A stretch of 64,000 nucleotides of DNA from a virus (lineage: Duplodnaviria > Caudoviricetes). Numbering within the stretch: the stretch's first letter is position 1; each line of letters begins with the position of its first letter. The notes beneath the pieces were generated by a model. It made no database searches. It was not told the DNA's origin and was given only the letters and a program-made list of their open reading frames with translations. The position numbers and the translations under genes were made by a program. Location of the stretch: the IMG/VR virus record IMGVR_UViG_3300044266_000210, positions 67,513 through 131,512 of that record. One strand, given 5' to 3'. Shown here in pieces: positions 57,474 to 64,000 of the stretch.

Positions 57474-58165
57474 CAGCAGTACCACCAGGAATTAGCGGAA
57501 GACCTGCAGAATACACAGGTATGGTCCGTCCAACTGATATGGCCAACGAGCTAGCATTACTAAATCTCGGACCATTTGAACCATTAAAAATTTGGATTGA
57601 TCTGGGCAAATATATGCAAGAGATTAGTCAGTTTGATAACGATTGGGTTGATTACCTGCCTAGGACAGATCGCCCTAACAATCGAAAAGCATTGACCTTG
57701 ATGAACTTACCGGGCAAAACACATACCGATGTGCCTAGTCTTGCTGAAGCCAGTTACGCAGCCGGACGCAGATTAAGCGAACTTGAGTTCAACCAACCTA
57801 CAGATGTCTATCGTGCCTGCACAAGCCTTCAACCCTTTTTAGATCAATTTCAACCTCTGGGCAGGACTTTTATTGTACAGAGTAACACAGGTGGATACTT
57901 TGTACCTCACAGAGACCAGCCTAGTATGCCAAGAGATGTTTTTAGGCTAATTGTATTTTTAAATAATGTTGGACCTGATCAATATGATTGGATCATGGAC
58001 GGTCGTAAAATGTTTATACAACCTGGACAAGTATACTATGTTAATACCCGAATGACTCATAGGACCATTAGTTGGGTTGATAATAGTCAGCACCTGATTC
58101 TTAATGTTCCTTTTACTACACAGAATGTTGCTAAGGTTATTTCAAACCTTGCATACACTCATTGA
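57470..58165 (+). CDS. AspH-like 2OG-Fe(II) oxygenase
   Basis: PHRD ... NTRMTH. Confidence 0.7.
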   Translation: MTAVPPGISGRPAEYTGMVRPTDMANELALLNLGPFEPLKIWIDLGKYMQEISQFDNDWVDYLPRTDRPNNRKALTLMNLPGKTHTDVPSLAEASYAAGRRLSELEFNQPTDVYRACTSLQPFLDQFQPLGRTFIVQSNTGGYFVPHRDQPSMPRDVFRLIVFLNNVGPDQYDWIMDGRKMFIQPGQVYYVNTRMTHRTISWVDNSQHLILNVPFTTQNVAKVISNLAYTH

Positions 58166-58166
58166 G

Positions 58167-58685
58167 TTATCCGTAGAGTTTTCTTAGTTCTTCGTAAGAA
58201 GTATCGGAGTTAACACTCCAACTTAGAATAAGTCTTGCTCGTAGCGGACCACCTATGACGCTGTGAGGTAATTTGACATTCATAATAACAGGTTCTGTGA
58301 GTGTATAGCGAAAAACTTCTGTTGCCTCTGATTCGACAATATCATATACTCGTTCGTCGACCCGTTTAAGAGAAGCATTATCACCCATATCATACACTAT
58401 GGTGTGACTATCTTTAGTGTAATCTATTGGTACATTTAATGTACAGTGCCTGTCAAAGTCTATGTGTATAGGTACAATATATCCGGGCGGCGTGTAAAAT
58501 ATATTATATGTATCGCTAAAGAATGGATAGCGTTCTTTAAGTTCTACCATATATTGTTCGTCCTTGACGTTTCTGTGATGCGAGACTCTGCCTGGTATGT
58601 AGTTATGCAAATTACGCAAAACCACAAGGCGTAGCTTATCAACACTTATGTCCATCTTGGGATAAAATATGTATTGATTATTCAT
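58167..58685 (-). CDS. Cupin/2OG-Fe(II) oxygenase-like protein
   Basis: IHID..R..LNVPI ... LPHSV ... R. Confidence 0.7.
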   Translation of the reverse strand: MNNQYIFYPKMDISVDKLRLVVLRNLHNYIPGRVSHHRNVKDEQYMVELKERYPFFSDTYNIFYTPPGYIVPIHIDFDRHCTLNVPIDYTKDSHTIVYDMGDNASLKRVDERVYDIVESEATEVFRYTLTEPVIMNVKLPHSVIGGPLRARLILSWSVNSDTSYEELRKLYG

Positions 58686-59184
58686 ATTCCTCACCAATCA
58701 AATCCCACGGATCCTCTTTGAATCTTATACTTATTGCCCTACGAACATTGTTTGTAGGGTTGTCAACACTATGCGGAAGATCTGTTCTAAAGAATGTTGG
58801 TTCAATGAGATTGAACGAGGTTACTTTTTTACATCTTACCGGATCGTAAAAGTTATAGGGTTGCATATTGGAAGTATACTGTATAGGAGGAGTATAATCG
58901 CTTTCCCAAATATATGTGGTGCTTGCTTCACAATTCTCTAATGGAATTTGTAATGCTAACTTGTCACCGTACCCTGGGGGTCGATAATCTGTATGTATTC
59001 TTCCAGTTGCATTAGGTTCTACTTGTATCAGTACAAATCGCTGAACTTCTCTTCCTAAAAAATGTGTAATGGGAAGTTTTAACTGTTGAAAGAAAAAGTT
59101 GTTATTAGGTAATTGATCTCTGTAAATCTTTTTTATTTCATTTACAATTTTTTCATCAAGTTTAAATCGTTTCCAGTAAAACAT
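58678..59184 (-). CDS. Cupin/2OG-Fe(II) oxygenase-like protein
   Basis: IHTD ... RTDLPHSVDN ... R..ISIRF. Confidence 0.7.
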   Translation of the reverse strand: MFYWKRFKLDEKIVNEIKKIYRDQLPNNNFFFQQLKLPITHFLGREVQRFVLIQVEPNATGRIHTDYRPPGYGDKLALQIPLENCEASTTYIWESDYTPPIQYTSNMQPYNFYDPVRCKKVTSFNLIEPTFFRTDLPHSVDNPTNNVRRAISIRFKEDPWDLIGEEYE

Positions 59185-59186
59185 TA

Positions 59187-59891
59187 TTACTTCCTTGTAA
59201 AAATGCTTATGCCTAATTTTGATTTAATTCCTAGGCGCCTAAAGTCACTGGCACAGTGTAATCTTACGCTATCAAAAATTAAAGCACTGGTTGGTTTCCA
59301 CTCTAAGGACTTACACAGGGTTAATCCTTTAAGCCATTTAGGTTTTAGGTGAGTGAAAAATTTTATATATAGATCTGAAGAAATAGGAGCAATTGATAAA
59401 TTTTCTATTTCAGAATATTCGTATATTTGTTTATTATAAAATGTAGGAATATCTTGATCGTCATTAAAGAACTTCGCAGGCCCACCGAAGTAACATTGAT
59501 CAAAAAAGCACAAGGAAGGAAGTGAATTATAGCTTCCTGTAAGTTCTAGAGGAATGGTTATTCCTTTGTAAACATCATCTAATTCAAAAGTATCGTCGTT
59601 ATGTATTACATGAGGATAGTTTGTCCAGAAAAAAAATCCTGCGTTTAATTCAAACTCGCCAATAACAGATTTTAGTTTTTCAAAAATTAGTTTTATAATA
59701 GGGTCATCTAAAAAAGGTCTGATATCTAGCGTTATAGGACCAGTATCTTTATATATTTTATTTTGTTCTAAATTTTGCTGGTTAAATAGATTGACAAGAT
59801 ACCCTACTTGCTCCGGTGTTAAAAAATTTTCAATAGAGTATGGGCTTGAAAATCTTGATCTTATTTTAGCTATTTCTTCCGAAGTTCTCAT
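59187..59891 (-). CDS. 2OG-Fe(II) oxygenase-like protein
   Basis: IHND ... FDSVRLHCA ... K. Confidence 0.65.
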   Translation of the reverse strand: MRTSEEIAKIRSRFSSPYSIENFLTPEQVGYLVNLFNQQNLEQNKIYKDTGPITLDIRPFLDDPIIKLIFEKLKSVIGEFELNAGFFFWTNYPHVIHNDDTFELDDVYKGITIPLELTGSYNSLPSLCFFDQCYFGGPAKFFNDDQDIPTFYNKQIYEYSEIENLSIAPISSDLYIKFFTHLKPKWLKGLTLCKSLEWKPTSALIFDSVRLHCASDFRRLGIKSKLGISIFTRK

Positions 59892-59912
59892 AAAAATATT
59901 TATAAGTACTCT

Positions 59913-61097
59913 ATGACATCACTTAACAAACTTGTTAGAGAAAACAATATATGTAGTCTACCATGGTTACTTGCTGAAATACAATTACACAGAGGTTATA
60001 TAGGCCCTTGTTGCAAATATGAGGGTGATTTAGGATCGTTAAAAGAAAAAGAATTTCCTGTTATCTGGTTTGGTGAAAAGTTCAAAGGGCTTAGACAAGA
60101 TATGGAAAAAGGAAAGGTTCTAGAAGAATGCCGCGCTTGCCATATTGCTGAAAATGTTTTTTCTTACAAAGATAAAAAGAATAGAGATTTCTATAACTTT
60201 TTATATAAAGTTGACACATTAACTCCAATCTTACCTAAAGTAGTTCACATCGGATTAACAAATATATGTAACCTATCTTGTAGAATGTGTAATCCTAATC
60301 AAAGTTCTAAACTTAATCAGTTTATTTCTAAATCTTCTAAGCTGAAAAGTTTCTACCCTGTTCTTGATGTAGATAATAAAATTGATATACAAAAGCTAAA
60401 AGGTAGTTTTGCAGAAACTGAGATCGTTACATTCGTGGGCGGAGAGCCCATGATAGATGACTCATGCTTAGAAATTTTACGCATTATTAAACAAGAATCT
60501 ACAAAACTTCGAAGCGTTGCATTTATTACCAACCTTACTCAATTGAACACAGATATCTTAGATATTGTTAACAGTCTTAATACTGAAGTAGTTCTTTCAG
60601 TAAGTATTGATGGTCCTCCAAAGTTGCAAGAATATATTCGTCATTACGCAAAATGGAACGACATATATAGTAACATGGAATACATAAGGAAGAACTATCC
60701 TAAGGTTAAATTTGGATCTAACAGTACCTTAAGTCTATTGAATATAGGGTATGTTGCTGATACTGTCAAATTCTTTCACGAACTCGAAACTGATCTTAAA
60801 ATGAGATTTAAATTTGTACAACCCTCCGTAGTAACTGACAAACGATATCTCCATGCGGGTAATTTACCTGATGAAATAAAAACACTATATAGAGAAAGAA
60901 TTGACAACTATAAAGGACCGGTTACTATACCGTTAGTTGATCAGTTATTGTCTAGTGCTAAAGGGTTATTAGCAGAAACTGCTAATGGCACCTTAGACGA
61001 ATTTTTTGACTTTATTGAAGAATTTGATAAATTTGCAGGAACAACCTACTCGGATCTTTATCCTGAACTTGGTGCTCTTACCAAGAATCGAACTTGA
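59913..61097 (+). CDS. Radical SAM protein with N-terminal twitch/SPASM-like domain
   Basis: C.LPW..PCC..C..C; CNLSCRMC; GGEP; SIDG. Confidence 0.85.
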   Translation: MTSLNKLVRENNICSLPWLLAEIQLHRGYIGPCCKYEGDLGSLKEKEFPVIWFGEKFKGLRQDMEKGKVLEECRACHIAENVFSYKDKKNRDFYNFLYKVDTLTPILPKVVHIGLTNICNLSCRMCNPNQSSKLNQFISKSSKLKSFYPVLDVDNKIDIQKLKGSFAETEIVTFVGGEPMIDDSCLEILRIIKQESTKLRSVAFITNLTQLNTDILDIVNSLNTEVVLSVSIDGPPKLQEYIRHYAKWNDIYSNMEYIRKNYPKVKFGSNSTLSLLNIGYVADTVKFFHELETDLKMRFKFVQPSVVTDKRYLHAGNLPDEIKTLYRERIDNYKGPVTIPLVDQLLSSAKGLLAETANGTLDEFFDFIEEFDKFAGTTYSDLYPELGALTKNRT

Positions 61098-61143
61098 AAT
61101 ACATCCTTACCAAGGATGCGTTATGCCATTTAACTATAAGAGC
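61070..61143 (-). tRNA. tRNA-Thr(GGT)
   Basis: Cloverleaf, CCA; overlaps radical SAM 3' end antisense. Confidence 0.9.
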
Positions 61144-61147
61144 AAAT

Positions 61148-61224
61148 TGGCTCCCCGGGCAGGGCTCGAACCTGCGACACCTTGATTAACAGTCAAGTGC
61201 TTCTACCAACTGAGCTACCAGGGA
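61148..61224 (-). tRNA. tRNA-Asn(GTT)
   Basis: Cloverleaf, CCA. Confidence 0.95.
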
Positions 61225-61229
61225 ATAAA

Positions 61230-61324
61230 TGGCGGAGCGTATTAGATTCGAACTAATGATGCAGGTTTTTGCCCGCATGCCTTCTTAGCAGGAAGGTGCC
61301 TTCGACCAACTCGGCCAACGCTCC
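61230..61324 (-). tRNA. tRNA-Ser(GCT)
   Basis: Cloverleaf with long variable arm, CCA. Confidence 0.93.
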
Positions 61325-61325
61325 A

Positions 61326-61466
61326 TTATCTTGTAAACTTTCTGATTAACAGTAGCCAGTAATATTTAATACCTCGTGGCGTTGGCCACCAATCAATTAC
61401 GGTTAGGCCAACTTCTCTAGGAATGTTGCCGTATGCTTTTTCTATTGTTTCTTTTGGTGTAGACAT
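61326..61466 (-). CDS. Small hypothetical protein (46 aa)
   Basis: Manual translation MSTPKETIEKAYGNIP...; SD AGGAGG. Confidence 0.55.
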   Translation of the reverse strand: MSTPKETIEKAYGNIPREVGLTVIDWWPTPRGIKYYWLLLIRKFTR

Positions 61467-61491
61467 TACATTCCTCCTGTTAAAAATTATT

Positions 61492-61606
61492 TGGTACGAC
61501 CGGTAGGTCTCGAACCTACAAAAGCACAGTGACTAAGTCGGGTGCCCCGGCACCAGCTATCCAATTAAGGGTAAGCGGCAGGTCTGCCAATTCCACTCAC
61601 GGTCGC
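61492..61606 (-). ncRNA. Expanded tRNA-Leu-like RNA (115 nt)
   Basis: GCGACCG/CGGUCGU acceptor + ACCA, Leu-type D arm, canonical T arm, ~60-nt irregular centre. Confidence 0.7.
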
Positions 61607-61612
61607 AAATAG

Positions 61613-61641
61613 ATTATACTACTATTTACAACCCTTGTCAA
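61613..61641 (-). promoter_or_regulatory. sigma70 consensus promoter
   Basis: TTGACA-17-TATAAT, ends 7 nt before the tRNA-like RNA. Confidence 0.8.
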
Positions 61642-62261
61642 TATCCAAAAATAGCTTTTCTTGCATCTTCAAAATAAACAGATTCGGGAGGATCGTGTCG
61701 TAGTGTTAAAACAACACGATGGTTTGCAGACTGACTATTGTCAAAATCGTGAAAAATATCGGTATTGAACAATATACACTCGCCTTGTTTGGCTGTCATG
61801 GACTTAATTGGTGTGTGCTTATTTTTGTCAAACCCTATGCATTCTCTTGAGCTTTTGGCAAACCCTCCAAAAGGTCCTAGGGTACTTATTTCATATTCGT
61901 TCAGGTCTTTATCTGCGTACCAGTTTGTAACGCACTTATCATCTAATACTGTTACAGTATAATTGATACTATATCTATGACCTGGCCAGCCATCTTTGTG
62001 TGCCCTGTAATAAAGTCCGGGACCGGACACAAAATAACTAACTCTTTTTTTCTGAAAAGATAGTTGTTGACTCAACGGAGTTTTTTCTAAAATAGACATT
62101 GCGGCATCTGGATTTGTCCTAGACATATTAAAATGTGTCCATAGAGGAAATCCAGTTGTGCTACCTAGAAGATCTCTAGTATAGGATATAAACTCATCTA
62201 TACCTTCGTGTGTAAATCTTATGTAAAACGGACTACAATCTTCTATGATAGTATATTTCAT
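61638..62261 (-). CDS. Cupin/2OG-Fe(II) oxygenase-like protein
   Basis: AHKD ... FNTDIFHDFDN ... R. Confidence 0.7.
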   Translation of the reverse strand: MKYTIIEDCSPFYIRFTHEGIDEFISYTRDLLGSTTGFPLWTHFNMSRTNPDAAMSILEKTPLSQQLSFQKKRVSYFVSGPGLYYRAHKDGWPGHRYSINYTVTVLDDKCVTNWYADKDLNEYEISTLGPFGGFAKSSRECIGFDKNKHTPIKSMTAKQGECILFNTDIFHDFDNSQSANHRVVLTLRHDPPESVYFEDARKAIFGY

Positions 62262-62262
62262 A

Positions 62263-62910
62263 TTAGAATCCAAACATAATTTTTCTTGCGTCGAAAAAAG
62301 TACCTACAGTATTTCTTCCATTCTCAATTCTCTGTCGTAGTGTTAAGATGGCTCTAATGTTGCTAGATTCACTGTTGTCCCAGTCGTGCCAAATTTCTGT
62401 GTTAAACAGTATTGCATGATCTGGTTGCACAATAGTTTCTTGTACAGGAACCAACGATAGATGATCTTCTTTAGTCATTGACAGTTGTCTATCGGTATGG
62501 TATCCTTCCTGACTACGAGGAAACTGAGAAGCAATACTTTCATCGTACCATCGAGTAATACATAAATCATCTCTTACTTCAATGGGATAGTTAATACTAA
62601 AACTGTCACCTCCATTGAGATGTCCGTCTTTGTGAACATGATATCTCTTATTCGGTCCTGTAAATGCTATGTTTACACGTCCGTATCTCAAAGGTACATC
62701 TTTAGAAACCAATGATCTAGAAACTACTTCTTCGGCCAATGCTGTATCCTTAGCTGAAATATTATAATTTATAAATGTAGGATGGCTCACTGATGAAAGT
62801 GTTTTAGGCATTGCAGCCTGCTTAAGAAAACTAATATACTCGCTCATGCCTTCGTGAGTGAACGCAATATAATAAGGACTGCAATCTTTAATTATCGTGT
62901 ATTTTGACAT
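62263..62910 (-). CDS. Cupin/2OG-Fe(II) oxygenase-like protein
   Basis: VHKD ... FNTEIWHDWDN ... R; tandem paralog. Confidence 0.7.
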   Translation of the reverse strand: MSKYTIIKDCSPYYIAFTHEGMSEYISFLKQAAMPKTLSSVSHPTFINYNISAKDTALAEEVVSRSLVSKDVPLRYGRVNIAFTGPNKRYHVHKDGHLNGGDSFSINYPIEVRDDLCITRWYDESIASQFPRSQEGYHTDRQLSMTKEDHLSLVPVQETIVQPDHAILFNTEIWHDWDNSESSNIRAILTLRQRIENGRNTVGTFFDARKIMFGF

Positions 62911-62936
62911 TCACATATTTAACAGTTAAATAGTCC

Positions 62937-63470
62937 ATGAGACATAAATTTACCTACAAACTAATTGACAGGGTAGATTACGATATACTTCAAGAATTAA
63001 AGGAATTAGTAATCAGAGGTCCGTTCCTGCCCTCTAGAGACTTTCAAGAGTATACAATTAATGTTACTCCTTTGCATCATCCTGAGCTTGCAATTATAGA
63101 TTTATTTGACAGACACCTATACAAATTTTTTACTCCAGATGGGTATGTAGAAACAAATGTTGCAAGAATGGTTCCTGGAGGATATGTTCCGGAGCATAGT
63201 GATTACGAGGCAAACACCTATGGTAGCACACAGGACGATATTATAAAGTTTCAAATTCCAATTATAACAAATCCTGGTGCAGGACTAATGTGGAAATGGA
63301 ATGATGATAAGTCTAAGCCTGCAGAAGCCTTGTTTTTAGAAGAAGGCGGTATATACATGTTTGATAACTGTAGAGTACACAGTTCTGTAAACTTTGGCAC
63401 TTCGGACAGATACTGGATTACCAGCAGGTGGAAGGCAAGTTGTCTTATCGACAAGACAATACTTGATTAA
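62937..63470 (+). CDS. AspH-like 2OG-Fe(II) oxygenase
   Basis: PEHSD..IPIITN..FDNCRVHSSVN..R. Confidence 0.75.
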   Translation: MRHKFTYKLIDRVDYDILQELKELVIRGPFLPSRDFQEYTINVTPLHHPELAIIDLFDRHLYKFFTPDGYVETNVARMVPGGYVPEHSDYEANTYGSTQDDIIKFQIPIITNPGAGLMWKWNDDKSKPAEALFLEEGGIYMFDNCRVHSSVNFGTSDRYWITSRWKASCLIDKTILD

Positions 63471-63472
63471 TT

Positions 63473-63547
63473 TGGCCCGGCGTAAGGGAATCGAACCCCT
63501 ATTCACACTTTAGAAGAATGTTGTCCTATCCATTGAACGAACGCCAG
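63473..63547 (-). tRNA. tRNA-Arg(TCT)
   Basis: Cloverleaf, CCA. Confidence 0.9.
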
Positions 63548-63551
63548 ATTC

Positions 63552-63627
63552 TGGTAGTGATGGTCGGACTCGAACCGACGATAAACTCCGTATGAAGGAG
63601 GTACATTAGCCGCTATGCTACATCACC
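63552..63627 (-). tRNA. tRNA with CAT anticodon (Met or Ile2)
   Basis: Cloverleaf, CCA. Confidence 0.85.
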
Positions 63628-63857
63628 ATAAAGGATGACAACTAGATTCTGTCGCCACATACATCGACAGCATTATCCGCAAATTATGCCGGCTGCGGTT
63701 ATGATCCAACAAGCTCTTTTACAGATAACTTGTCTTCACCTAGGGTACGCTAGGAATAGTGCTACTTGTTTGCTACCAGGATAATTAGTCCCAACTCACT
63801 AGGATTTCGAGGCCCTAGCTTTCACACATCTAACATCCAATTGTCTTTCTTTATGGT
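63625..63857 (-). ncRNA. Multi-hairpin element closed by a 23-bp imperfect stem
   Basis: Inverted repeat 63625-63647 / 63835-63857 with G-U pairs on minus strand; about six internal hairpins. Confidence 0.6.
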
Positions 63858-63859
63858 AT

Positions 63860-63939
63860 ACCATATAGAAACACACTACCCGACACTAGTTCGGTATCCT
63901 CTCCCGCAGGCAGGTTGCCGTAGTATGTTTTTATATGGT
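63860..63939 (-). ncRNA. Element closed by a 20-bp stem after tRNA-Lys
   Basis: Inverted repeat 63860-63879 / 63920-63939. Confidence 0.55.
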
Positions 63940-64000
63940 GGGTCTGCTCGGATTCGAACCGAGAGTCTTACTGGTTAAAAGCCAGATGTTTTTGCCGTTA
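63936..64000 (-). tRNA. tRNA-Lys(TTT), 5' end beyond window
   Basis: Anticodon arm CUGG-CUUUUAA-CCAG, T arm, ACCA. Confidence 0.85.

Overview
A 64-kb segment of a large, AT-rich dsDNA bacteriophage genome (jumbo/T4-like organisation, probably with a Gram-negative host, by inference from the spanin-like genes and rpoZ). It is mostly encoded on the minus strand in the standard genetic code. From left to right: (1) a lysis cassette (GH19 endolysin, spanin-like pair); (2) PhoH, clamp loader, cytidylyltransferase, GroES and a stand-alone DnaE fragment; (3) a tail module with an S74-chaperone fibre, an Ig-repeat protein, NlpC/P60 and a 1786-aa Asn/Ser/Thr-rich repeat fibre; (4) auxiliary metabolic genes (UvsE, FkbM, UDP-GlcA decarboxylase, UDP-Glc dehydrogenase, QueD, FolE, QueC-like, GuaC, ClpP, dCMP deaminase, carbamoyltransferase, radical SAM enzymes); (5) a tRNA array of 17 conventional tRNA genes (one cut by the window end), interleaved with about 12 HxD...H cupin/2OG-Fe(II) oxygenase-like genes, rpoZ and an HNH gene. 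The most striking element is a self-contained unit at 44878-46911: a consensus sigma70 promoter, a short RNA, a TROVE/vWA (Ro60-like) gene, two longer structured RNAs and a terminator. All three RNAs share a covarying 7-bp closing stem and a conserved adjacent motif. Several other structured non-coding RNA candidates lie in the tRNA array and in the queD leader. Many accessory genes appear to be leaderless, with TAAATA 4-5 nt before the ATG. All calls come from reading the sequence and recognising motifs; no database searches were run.
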